Part shown: one piece after another, positions 1-8,071 of the stretch
How the letters are laid out: every line of letters starts with the position of its first letter
Numbering within the stretch: position 1 is the stretch's first letter
Origin: Thermodesulfobacteriota bacterium
GTDB lineage: Bacteria > Desulfobacterota > Desulfobulbia > Desulfobulbales > SURF-16
Reading direction: 5' to 3'
Assembly: GCA_039715015.1 (NCBI GenBank)
Contig: JBDLIE010000004.1
Location: 58,991-122,990, forward strand
Length of the DNA: 64,000 nucleotides
Program-made: the position numbers and the translations under genes
The notes under the pieces: model-generated
What the model saw: the letters and a program-made list of their open reading frames with translations, nothing else
Told to the model about the DNA's origin: nothing
Databases searched by the model: none

Positions 1-1470
1 ATGGTGGATGAGTATCAGGACACCAACCGTATCCAGGCAGAGATTGTTTCCCTGATCAGCAGCAGCCATAATAACGTTATGGTGGTGGGTGACGATGCCC
101 AGTCCATCTATAGCTTCCGTGGCGCTGATTTTAAGAATATCATGGAGTTTCCTGATCTTTTTCCCGGCACCAAGATTGTCCGCCTGGAGGAAAACTACCG
201 TTCGGCGCAGCCCATCTTAGAGGCCACTAATGCCATTATTGCCCAGGCCGCTGAGAAGTATGCCAAAACTCTTTTTTCCAATATTCCCGGCACGGAAAAA
301 CCTTATCTGTTTCGTGCCCGGGATGAGCAGGAACAGGCCCGTTATCTTGTTGAGAAGATAGAGAGTTTTCAAAAGGAAGGGGTGTCTCTTAATGAGATGG
401 CCGTTCTGTTTAGATCTGGTTTCCACTCCTACAAGTTAGAGCTGGAGCTTGCCAACCGCCAAATTCCTTTTGAGAAAAGGGGCGGCATGAAGCTCACCGA
501 ATCGGCCCACATCAAGGATGTCCTGGCCTATTTGCGGATTATCTGCAACCCGGCAGATCATCTGTCCTGGAACAGGATTCTCCTGCAGATTGAAAAGGTG
601 GGGCCAAAGACTGCCGAGAAGATGCTTGCCGCTGTCCGTGCTGCCGGCAGTCCCCTGCAAGCTCTAGAGATGTATAAGGCCGGTAAGAGCTGGCAGCAGG
701 GCTTGGAGAGGCTGGTGGATTTCCTCCGCAGTCTCGCCAGGCTGGATCGGCCCGGGGCTCAGCTTGAGCATGTTTTGAGCTATTATCAGCCGATCTTTGA
801 ACGTATCTATCACGATGATTATCCGAGCCGTAGCCGGGATTTGGATCAGCTCTCCGAGCTGTTGACTGGCTATGAAGCCCTTCAGGATTTTATTGATGAT
901 ACGGCCCTTGATCCTCCTGAAGAATCACGTTTGAAAGATGGCGGCGCTGACCGGCTTGTTCTCTCCACCGTTCATTCTGCCAAAGGTCTGGAGTGGAAAA
1001 AGGTCTTTATCCTTAATCTGGTGGAGGGGAAATTCCCCTCGGGCCAGGCCCAGCTCCCAGAAGAACGTGAGGAGGAACGTCGCCTGCTCTATGTAGCTGC
1101 TACCCGGGCCCAGGAACATCTCTTTCTTATTGCGCCTCGACTCACTGCCGGGCCTGATCGTATGCCGCAATCAGCCATGGTCAGTGAGTTTGTCTCTGAG
1201 TTGCCATCCGGCCTTTTGGCCGGGCCCGCCATGGGGCAAGCCATGCCATCCTTTTCATCGCCCCCGGTTTTGAGCACGGAAACCGAGAGTGGTCCAGGAA
1301 GCGACACCCTTACCATCGATGAGTTTGCAACGGGCCGGGGGGTCCGCCATAATTTCTTCGGCGAGGGCAAGGTTATAAAGGTATGTCCTCCCAAGACAGT
1401 GGAGATTTTCTTTCCCCGCCATGGTCTGAAAAAATTACATCTTGATTATGCCAAATTGGAAGTTTTATAA
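1..1470 (+). CDS. ATP-dependent DNA helicase, UvrD/Rep/PcrA family (5' part lies outside the window)
   Basis: Motifs VDEYQDTN, VGDDAQSIYSFRGA, LEENYRS, STVHSAKGLEW, EERRLLYVAATRA; C-terminal VRHNFFGEG Tudor-like tail. Confidence 0.93.
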   Translation: MVDEYQDTNRIQAEIVSLISSSHNNVMVVGDDAQSIYSFRGADFKNIMEFPDLFPGTKIVRLEENYRSAQPILEATNAIIAQAAEKYAKTLFSNIPGTEKPYLFRARDEQEQARYLVEKIESFQKEGVSLNEMAVLFRSGFHSYKLELELANRQIPFEKRGGMKLTESAHIKDVLAYLRIICNPADHLSWNRILLQIEKVGPKTAEKMLAAVRAAGSPLQALEMYKAGKSWQQGLERLVDFLRSLARLDRPGAQLEHVLSYYQPIFERIYHDDYPSRSRDLDQLSELLTGYEALQDFIDDTALDPPEESRLKDGGADRLVLSTVHSAKGLEWKKVFILNLVEGKFPSGQAQLPEEREEERRLLYVAATRAQEHLFLIAPRLTAGPDRMPQSAMVSEFVSELPSGLLAGPAMGQAMPSFSSPPVLSTETESGPGSDTLTIDEFATGRGVRHNFFGEGKVIKVCPPKTVEIFFPRHGLKKLHLDYAKLEVL

Positions 1471-1505
1471 GGGGCGCCTTTCACATTTTCCTTGGAGGTG
1501 CAGTG

Positions 1506-1679
1506 ATGAAAGAAGAGCGCAAGAATTTTCTGAGCATCCTTACGGTTGTGGCCCTTATCGTGGTGGCTTATATTCTCAGCGGCATTTTTATGAAACCGGA
1601 ACCAGGTAAGCCGGGTAATGAGCTGCGGCCGCCAGTGAATCGGATTGAAAAGATTAGAGAAGGATTTGTAGAGAAATAA
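1506..1679 (+). CDS. Small single-pass membrane protein, 57 aa (not in ORF track)
   Basis: GGAGGT SD before ATG 1506; MKEERKNFLSILTVVALIVVAYILSGIFMKPEPGKPGNELRPPVNRIEKIREGFVEK*; fills the helicase-folC gap. Confidence 0.7.
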   Translation: MKEERKNFLSILTVVALIVVAYILSGIFMKPEPGKPGNELRPPVNRIEKIREGFVEK

Positions 1680-1774
1680 GATCTCTGCTTTGATCCTAAA
1701 CTCCTTAAAAAAAATCTACTTGAAATGCCCATATTGATGAATTGCATACTTGCCCACGGAGAGGCCCACCCTTG

Positions 1775-3088
1775 ATGGACTATCAACAGGCCTGGGCCTA
1801 TCTCGACAATCTCCAATTTTTTAAGATCAAGCTTGGCCTGGACTCCATGTCTGAGTTCCTAGGGCGGGTGGGTAATCCTCAGGACAAGCTGCAATGTATC
1901 CATGTGGGCGGCACCAATGGCAAAGGTTCGGTCGCCATGAACCTGCTTACCCTGTTAAAGGCAGGGGGCTACAGGGTAGGTCTCTACACCTCTCCTCATC
2001 TGAGTTCGGTTCGGGAACGTTTCCGGATTAATGACGATTATATTTCAGAGGAGGATTTTGCCGCCATTGCCACAGAGATTGCCACTGTTCTTGGCGACAG
2101 TCAGATCACCTATTTTGAATTCACCACAGCCTTGGCCCTTCTGTGGTTTGCCAACCAGAAAGTTGACCTCGTTATTCTTGAGGTGGGGCTTGGTGGCCGT
2201 CTTGATGCGACGAATGTTGTCAAACCGCTGGTCTCGGTAATTACCAATGTCTCCATGGACCATGAGGCCTATCTGGGCACGACCTTGTCGGAGGTTGCCT
2301 TTGAAAAGGCCGGCATTATTAAGCCCGGAGCATCGGTGGTGAGCGGCGTTGATCAAGATGTCAGTAGGGAGGTTGTTACGGCCCGTTGTGCTGAGATGGG
2401 GGCAGAGCTTTGGATATTCGGCCGGGAATTTAGCCATGAAGATAATGGTGATGGGAGCTGGACCTATCAAGGTGTCAGTAAAAAGATATCCGGCCTCAAA
2501 TGTGGGATGCGCGGCGATTACCAGCGCGATAATTCATCCCTGGCCCTGGCTGTGTGTGAGCTTCTTGAGGGCAAAGGCTGGCCCCTTGGCGACAACGTTG
2601 TCCGGGCCCAGCTCAGCAAGGTTTATTGGCCTGGTCGCCTGGAGTATTTTTGTTTGGATGAGGAGGGGCGGCGGCTGAACGAGGAGACGCTGACAGCACG
2701 TGGCAGAAAATATTTGCTTGATGGCGCCCATAACCCTGCGGGGATGGAGAGTTTGTGCACCAGCCTGCGCAATGAATTTTCCTATAAACGCCTGATTTGT
2801 GTCTGGGCTGCCATGGCGGATAAGGATCTTGGCACCACCCTGGCTGCTATCTCCCCCTTTTGCGACATCATCATCTTTACCCGGCCTGAATCGGAGCGCT
2901 CTGCCACTCTGGAGCAATTACGTGGGGCCTTGGAGGATTTTGACGGCGAGATTTTTGAAGAGCCGCAGGTAGAGGGGGCCTTGCAGAGTGCTCAGGATCT
3001 GGCAGAGTGCGAGGATCTCATCCTGGTTGCCGGTTCCCTTTATCTGGTGGGAGCGGCCCGCAGTCAGCTGCTTGGGGAGATTGTCTGA
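1775..3088 (+). CDS. folC: Bifunctional folylpolyglutamate synthase/dihydrofolate synthase
   Basis: HVGGTNGKGS, YTSPHL, EVGLGGRLDATN, LDGAHNP, GSLYLVG. Confidence 0.96.
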   Translation: MDYQQAWAYLDNLQFFKIKLGLDSMSEFLGRVGNPQDKLQCIHVGGTNGKGSVAMNLLTLLKAGGYRVGLYTSPHLSSVRERFRINDDYISEEDFAAIATEIATVLGDSQITYFEFTTALALLWFANQKVDLVILEVGLGGRLDATNVVKPLVSVITNVSMDHEAYLGTTLSEVAFEKAGIIKPGASVVSGVDQDVSREVVTARCAEMGAELWIFGREFSHEDNGDGSWTYQGVSKKISGLKCGMRGDYQRDNSSLALAVCELLEGKGWPLGDNVVRAQLSKVYWPGRLEYFCLDEEGRRLNEETLTARGRKYLLDGAHNPAGMESLCTSLRNEFSYKRLICVWAAMADKDLGTTLAAISPFCDIIIFTRPESERSATLEQLRGALEDFDGEIFEEPQVEGALQSAQDLAECEDLILVAGSLYLVGAARSQLLGEIV

Positions 3089-3399
3089 TGACTCATTTCT
3101 ATTTTGACGGGGTGGATGAAACCATTATCCGCCAGGAACGGGACAAGGCCCGTAAACTCCGTAAAAGCGGCTGGTGGCAGAAGAAGATTGCCAGTGGTCT
3201 CTGCCATTACTGCGGTGGGCAGTTTAAGCCCAAAGAGTTGACCATGGATCATCTCACCCCCGTTGCCAGGGGAGGTGCGAGCAATAAGGGGAATCTGGTT
3301 GCCGCCTGCAAAGAGTGTAATAATAAAAAGAAGAACCTGCTGCCCTATGAATGGGATGAGTACATGGAGACGATCCGGCAGGGCAGCGAAAAAGAGTAG
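3088..3399 (+). CDS. Small zinc-binding HNH endonuclease
   Basis: CHYC...DHLTPVARGG...NLVAACKECNNKK; TGATG overlap with folC stop. Confidence 0.88.
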   Translation: MTHFYFDGVDETIIRQERDKARKLRKSGWWQKKIASGLCHYCGGQFKPKELTMDHLTPVARGGASNKGNLVAACKECNNKKKNLLPYEWDEYMETIRQGSEKE

Positions 3400-3500
3400 G
3401 CAATTTTGAAAAAATGCACTGTCAGGCACGCTGGAGGATTGCCCCGCTAGAGTACCTTCCCATTCGGCACATTTCTGGTTGTTGACAAGAAATGAGATGC

Positions 3501-4652
3501 TCAAGTTGTTTGAGTTTGGCAGGCAAAACCGTTTGCCGACTTCTCAGTGCTCCCCAGTTCACCGACTTCCCCCATGCAGATACCGATCTCCCGGGCGGTT
3601 TTTACCCGGTTACCATCCCGTGGCACCTGTTTCCTGTTTCTTATTGCATCGGCCAAGGGCACGGATGTCATGGCATCACCGGTCAGAGCCACCATGTGGT
3701 CAAATTTTCCTTCTTCAACAAGGCGGACGGCCATGGCCCCGAAACGAAGGGCCAGCAACCTGTCAAAGGTGGTTGGCGATCCACCCCGTTGGAGATGACC
3801 CAAGACCAGGGAACGGGTGTCCTTGCCGGTGCGGATGTTGATCTCTCTGGCAACCCACTCGCCGATACCGCCTAGGACCTTTTCCGCCCTGCCTATCTCA
3901 CCATTTCCTTTATGGATAACCTCTTGGTTCTGGGCCCTGGCCCCTTCGGCCACGACAACGATTGCATAGTCCTTGCAATGCAGCTCATTATCATCAAGCT
4001 TCTTACAGACCTCGTCCATGTTAAAGGGGATCTCTGGAATAAGAATAATATCAGCACCACCGGAAATGCCGGAGTTCATCGCTATCCAGCCGGAATCTCG
4101 GCCCATGACCTCCACCACCATGACCCTGTCGTGCGATTTTGCGGTGGAGTGGAGTTTGTCCAAGGCCTCGGTGGCTGTTGAAACCGCTGTGTCAAAACCA
4201 AAGGTGAGCTGGGTGGCCTCAAGATCATTGTCAATGGTCTTGGGAACTCCGACAACCGGCATGCCTTTTTCCTCAGCAAAACGATGGGCGATTTCCAGGC
4301 TGCCATCACCGCCCACGGCAATATGGCAGCAGAAGCCCATGCGTTTAAAATGTTTCACAACCCGTTCTGAAACATCATGGATCTCAATCTCACCGGCCAG
4401 ATTCTCGATGGGCATGGCAAAGGGATTGCCCTTATTGGTCGAGCCAATAATGGTGCCCCCGGTGGAGGTGATGTCTTCAACCATCTCAGGGGTCAAGCGG
4501 ATCATCTCTTCAGAATTTAAAAGACCGAGATAGCCGCTGCGGCTGCCGTACACCTCCCAGCCCCGCGCATGGGATGCTTTAACCACAGCATAGATAACGG
4601 CATTAAGCCCTGGTGCATCGCCACCGCCGGTGGAAATCACAATTTTTTTCAT
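3501..4652 (-). CDS. pfkA: 6-phosphofructokinase (PfkA family; GGDGS points to ATP as donor)
   Basis: TGGGDAPGLNA, GGDGS, PKTIDND, VEVMGR, LGHLQRGG. Confidence 0.93.
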   Translation of the reverse strand: MKKIVISTGGGDAPGLNAVIYAVVKASHARGWEVYGSRSGYLGLLNSEEMIRLTPEMVEDITSTGGTIIGSTNKGNPFAMPIENLAGEIEIHDVSERVVKHFKRMGFCCHIAVGGDGSLEIAHRFAEEKGMPVVGVPKTIDNDLEATQLTFGFDTAVSTATEALDKLHSTAKSHDRVMVVEVMGRDSGWIAMNSGISGGADIILIPEIPFNMDEVCKKLDDNELHCKDYAIVVVAEGARAQNQEVIHKGNGEIGRAEKVLGGIGEWVAREINIRTGKDTRSLVLGHLQRGGSPTTFDRLLALRFGAMAVRLVEEGKFDHMVALTGDAMTSVPLADAIRNRKQVPRDGNRVKTAREIGICMGEVGELGSTEKSANGFACQTQTT

Positions 4653-4810
4653 AACAATCACCCAGTACGAAATTCTATGCAAAAAAAAGGAATGTATATA
4701 AAGGGAAAGGGTACCCTTACGTAGTTACTTCTTTGCAAAGTATAAAGAATGCTTGCAGGTCAGACAAACCTTAAAAGCAAAAGAAGGCAAAATAATAACT
4801 TTTTGTTGTA

Positions 4811-4848
4811 GTCAATTGATTGACATCGTTTAAGTTTCCTCTTAAATT
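4811..4848 (+). promoter_or_regulatory. Putative sigma70 promoter for the hesB-like gene with a palindrome over the -35
   Basis: TTGACA (4820-4825)-N17-TAAATT (4843-4848); GTCAAT-TG-ATTGAC inverted repeat at 4811-4824. Confidence 0.5.
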
Positions 4849-5010
4849 GCTATAAATTGATGAATGGGGGGTTGCTTCTGACGAACAATGGATTATTGTA
4901 TGTCATTATTAAATGCAACAAATGTGTTGTTGTTGGCAATTCTCTTTGTTTGCTGTAAACGACGAAAATAATATGAACATGCCATGGTTGGCAATTCATA
5001 GGAGGATTTT

Positions 5011-5346
5011 ATGTTAAAGATTACCGATATGGCTATTGAGAATTTAAAGTCCTATCTGGAGCAGAATAGTATTGATTCTGCCATCCGGATAGCGATGATG
5101 CAGGGCGGCTGAGCTGGCCCTTCATTGGGATTGGCTCTGGATGAGCCAAAAGATAATGACGAAGTTGTAGATCAGGATGGCCTTAAGTTTCTTGTTGAAA
5201 AAGGCCTGCTGGTCACCTGCGGCGAGATTCTCGTTGATTTTGTCGAGGCTGGACCCCGTTCTGGATTTTCCATTACCTCAAAGATCCCCTTGGCAACCGG
5301 TGGTGGTTGCAGCAGCGGTTCTTGCAGCAGTGGCTCTTGTGGTTAA
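5011..5346 (+). CDS. IscA/HesB-like selenoprotein, 111 aa, in-frame TGA at codon 34 (5110-5112) read as Sec
   Basis: GGAGG SD, ATG 5011; MLKITDMAIENLKSYLEQNSIDSAIRIAMMQGG-U-AGPSLGLALDEPKDND continues in frame into ORF 5125..5346; U sits at the conserved HesB GGC-x-G Cys; hairpin 3' of UGA. Confidence 0.9.
5131..5149 (+). promoter_or_regulatory. Candidate bacterial SECIS element of the HesB-like gene
   Basis: TTGGCTC-TGGAT-GAGCCAA, 7-bp stem with G-containing loop about 26 nt after the UGA. Confidence 0.7.
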
Positions 5347-5372
5347 GTAGCAAGATCTATTTCTTTTTGGAT

Positions 5373-5413
5373 AAAAAAACCCCCGGTCTGTTTTCAGACC
5401 GGGGGTTTTTTTT
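5373..5413. terminator. Bidirectional rho-independent terminator
   Basis: A7-CCCCCGGTCTG-TTTT-CAGACCGGGGG-T8 between two convergent genes. Confidence 0.9.
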
Positions 5414-5630
5414 ATGGTTTATCTTGGTTGGCCAACTCTTGGCAGATTCTATCCTGCCATTGTTCAATCTGCTCTCTGTAAAGTTTGGCACCAGACTCCA
5501 TCCCGCAGGACCTGCAGGTTATGGTGGCATGTGCTCAACGCCCCTTTAGAATTGCCTGTCCTCCGCAGAAGAGGCATTGTAAAGAGTTTTCCAGATCGGC
5601 TGTTGTTCGGTTGTTTTTTGGGCTGCTCAT
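5412..5630 (-). CDS. Small dual-CxxC putative selenoprotein, 72 aa, in-frame TGA at codon 32 (5535-5537)
   Basis: MSSPKNNRTTADLENSLQCLFCGGQAILKGR-U-AHATITCRSCGMESGAKLYREQIEQWQDRICQELANQDKP*; the frame stays open past TGA, supplies a second CxxC and stops at the terminator; SECIS-like hairpin follows. Confidence 0.78.
5498..5524 (-). promoter_or_regulatory. Candidate SECIS element of the dual-CxxC gene
   Basis: Minus strand CCAU-AA-CCUGCAG-GUC-CUGCGGG-AUGG starting 11 nt after UGA; apical GCAGGUCCUGC resembles E. coli fdhF GCAGGUCUGC. Confidence 0.7.
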
Positions 5631-5687
5631 AGGGGGGATAGTAGAATAAAAAAGGCTCTTTGGCGAAGTCCGGGAAATGTTGCTTAT

Positions 5688-5752
5688 CAAACACAAAGGC
5701 ACAAAGGCACAGAGGTCTTCTTCATAATAATCCCTCTGTGCCTTTGTGTTTG
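5688..5752. repeat. REP-like palindrome made of 8-nt units
   Basis: CAAA-CACAAAGG-CACAAAGG-CACAGAGG ... CCTCTGTG-CCTTTGTG-TTTG. Confidence 0.7.
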
Positions 5753-5863
5753 GAAAAATGGTTAGGTACAAGTTGGAAGGCTAAAGTTTTTCCACTTTAT
5801 GCCGGTTTTTCCGTGGATTCCGCGGCAAAAAACAAAGTCATTCCTGCCAATCGACGAAGAACC

Positions 5864-5905
5864 AAAAAAAAAAGGGATCACAGGTCAAAACCTGTAATCC
5901 CTTTT
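5864..5905 (-). terminator. Terminator downstream of tRNA-His
   Basis: Imperfect stem GGGATCACAGGT/ACCTGTAATCCC followed by T10 on the minus strand. Confidence 0.75.
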
Positions 5906-5915
5906 GATATTTTAA

Positions 5916-5993
5916 TGGGGTGAGCGATGGGACTTGAACCCACGACCTCCGGAGCCACAATCCGGGGCTACCACCAGCTGAGCTACGCCCACC
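5916..5993 (-). tRNA. tRNA-His (GTG)
   Basis: G(-1)GTGGGCG...CCGGA-TTGTGGC-TCCGG...GTGGGTTCAAGTCCCAT-CGCTCAC-C-CCA; G-1:C73 identity pair and encoded CCA. Confidence 0.95.
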
Positions 5994-6053
5994 ATGCTTT
6001 TTCGCTGCCAAGGCATGCGAAAAGAACAATCCGTTTATAATAGATTGGTTTTC

Positions 6054-6734
6054 TTATGGCAAGGAGAAATCGCTCTCCTGGAACTCCTTGCCGCAGTGTT
6101 TACACTTGATGGCCTTGTTCTTGACAATCTCCATACAGTCAGTGCATTCCTTCAGGAAGTTGTTTTTGAGAAGCTCGGTAATGGCCAGGTTTTTCTGGTG
6201 CTCCAGGTTGCCGTCCTTGTATTCTATGTTGCGTAGGGCATCAATACAGGAGGTGTCGTTGAGGGGCACAAGGAGGCGGCAGGCCTTCATCCTGTTTTCC
6301 AGGCTGGCCTTCTCGTCAAGAAGGATACCCATAACCGGGGTAAGATTCTTATCGGCAACACAGGTGTCAAGCTCTTCGACCCATTCTTTCTCCTGCTGAT
6401 AACGTTTGTTGGATGCGATGATTACATCTGGATCCAGGATACTGCCGGTGAAGGCCATTTTGTTACCCACCATCATCAGTTCGCCTTTTTCTTCGTTGTG
6501 CATTCGCATATAGCGATAGGAACCGACATGGCCGTATGATGCTTCAATATGGTCCCAGCCTTTAACAAAGGGTGGGCATTCATCATTCAGGCAGACGAAC
6601 ATCACCTCGGCGCCCCAGCCCAGGCCGTCGCCAATATGGAACGGCGGAGTTTCGCAGGGGGAAAGTCTGGTGTCGCAATGGGGGCAATAAAACTCCATTT
6701 CACAGTAACGTAAACAGTCGTCTGCGCTGAGCAT
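6054..6734 (-). CDS. Zinc-ribbon domain protein of unknown function
   Basis: CPHC...CLNDEC near N-terminus, CTDC...CKHC at C-terminus; GAGGAG SD. Confidence 0.75.
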   Translation of the reverse strand: MLSADDCLRYCEMEFYCPHCDTRLSPCETPPFHIGDGLGWGAEVMFVCLNDECPPFVKGWDHIEASYGHVGSYRYMRMHNEEKGELMMVGNKMAFTGSILDPDVIIASNKRYQQEKEWVEELDTCVADKNLTPVMGILLDEKASLENRMKACRLLVPLNDTSCIDALRNIEYKDGNLEHQKNLAITELLKNNFLKECTDCMEIVKNKAIKCKHCGKEFQESDFSLP

Positions 6735-6944
6735 GGATAAATCTCCTCGTGGTGGGCCCGTTTATAAGGGCCTCAATGTATGTAAAACCTTCCTAAATGC
6801 GTAGCAGAACATTCTGTCATCGGATGCAGAAGGCGCAAGAATTTTTGATAATAAGCATTGAAATCTACTTGATCAAGCCTGGAATAGCAATAAGAGGGGC
6901 AAAAAGGGCAGGGAGAGTCGAACGGGCTAAAAGAGGTAGAATCC

Positions 6945-7334
6945 CTAGTATGACGTCGGTCTATCGTTTAAAAGGACAGTGTGAACAACAAAATATGATA
7001 ATTGCTTTATCTGGGAAGAGGTGAGGTCGTCAAACATCACTCCGGCCTCTCGAGTAAAAAGATTGATAGAGTTGATAGATGGGAAGATGGGCTCTGAATC
7101 TTCAAAAGAGACAATTTTACAGGGCAGGTTGTCAATATAGCGGTCCCCGGTATTATTAAGGAGTGATATGCTAAAAGAATGTTCAAATAAGTCGTTGGGG
7201 CGGAGTAGGTATTCTATCCGCAGACCGCCCATACTCAAATTGATGACCTGCCCTAAATTCATGGTGTTGATAGCAATAATGTTGCCCAAAGAGTCAAAAC
7301 GATGATGATGCCGCCGTTCTTTTTTTATCTTCAT
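6945..7334 (-). CDS. PilZ domain protein
   Basis: RRHHHR (RxxxR) and NLSMGG (D/NxSxxG). Confidence 0.82.
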   Translation of the reverse strand: MKIKKERRHHHRFDSLGNIIAINTMNLGQVINLSMGGLRIEYLLRPNDLFEHSFSISLLNNTGDRYIDNLPCKIVSFEDSEPIFPSINSINLFTREAGVMFDDLTSSQIKQLSYFVVHTVLLNDRPTSY

Positions 7335-7574
7335 CGGAATGTCTCCAGGCTAAAAAGGAAGTATTAAAGAAATATAGGTAAAATAATAAAGCAAGCATAG
7401 TTAAAGATCAACCCGCTTGTTAGAAGTTCCGTGTGACCATAAAAAAATCCGTGTCTATCAGCGGATGGTAGGTAAGGCTGGTAATAGCGGCCTTTTTTGG
7501 AAATGGAAAAAAGGTCAAATCTCCAGGCAGCATGTGCGGGGGGGGACAGTTTGAAGTTTCTGTATGAAAGAAAT

Positions 7575-7940
7575 CTATGCGCTAGGGACGCTGTTATAAA
7601 TGAGAAAATGATCCAACAGATCTTTTTGGGCTGGAGTTAAGCCAAGAAACATGACGCCAGCTTCCCGGATGAAGAGGTTGAGAGGCGGACATATAGGCCC
7701 AGAGTCGGTAATATTGACAACTTTACAGGATAGTTTGTCAATATAGTGATCAGCGGAGTTGTTGAGCAGGGAAATTTCAAATGATTTATGAAAAGGATCA
7801 TTCCGGCGCAGAAGATATTTGATCCGCAGACCTCCCATGCTCATATTGATCACCTGGCCAAAGCTTAAGGCATTTAAGGCAAGAACATTATCCTGAGCTT
7901 GAAAACGTTTATGTTTTCTGCGTTCTTCCAGCGTATCCAT
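7575..7940 (-). CDS. PilZ domain protein, paralog of the neighbouring gene
   Basis: RRKHKR and NMSMGG; shares GQVIN-SMGGLRI-YLLR, ISLLNN, REAGVMF. Confidence 0.85.
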   Translation of the reverse strand: MDTLEERRKHKRFQAQDNVLALNALSFGQVINMSMGGLRIKYLLRRNDPFHKSFEISLLNNSADHYIDKLSCKVVNITDSGPICPPLNLFIREAGVMFLGLTPAQKDLLDHFLIYNSVPSA

Positions 7941-8071
7941 AGGGCCGCCGTAAAAATCTCGTCCTGAAAATGTATGTTAAAGGAAATCATATTAAAATTG
8001 CCCGCCGGAATCAAATTGTTTGTCAGGGGCGCTTTGTGATGGCAAGGTGTTAAGGGTGTTTGGGAGTGATA

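Noticed and set aside
5125..5346. 73-aa ORF as a complete gene, or hesB as a pseudogene
   Set aside because: Better explained as the 3' part of a Sec read-through gene: SD and ATG at 5011, TGA at a conserved Cys position, hairpin present, selB in window
5464..5694. 76-aa minus-strand ORF in another frame
   Set aside because: No motifs, starts inside the repeat, and overlaps the better-supported dual-CxxC frame
5400..5916. Integrative element at the tRNA-His 3' end
   Set aside because: No integrase and no duplicated tRNA 3' end seen
7340..7570. c-di-GMP riboswitch between the PilZ genes
   Set aside because: No GEMM class I or class II consensus recognisable on either strand
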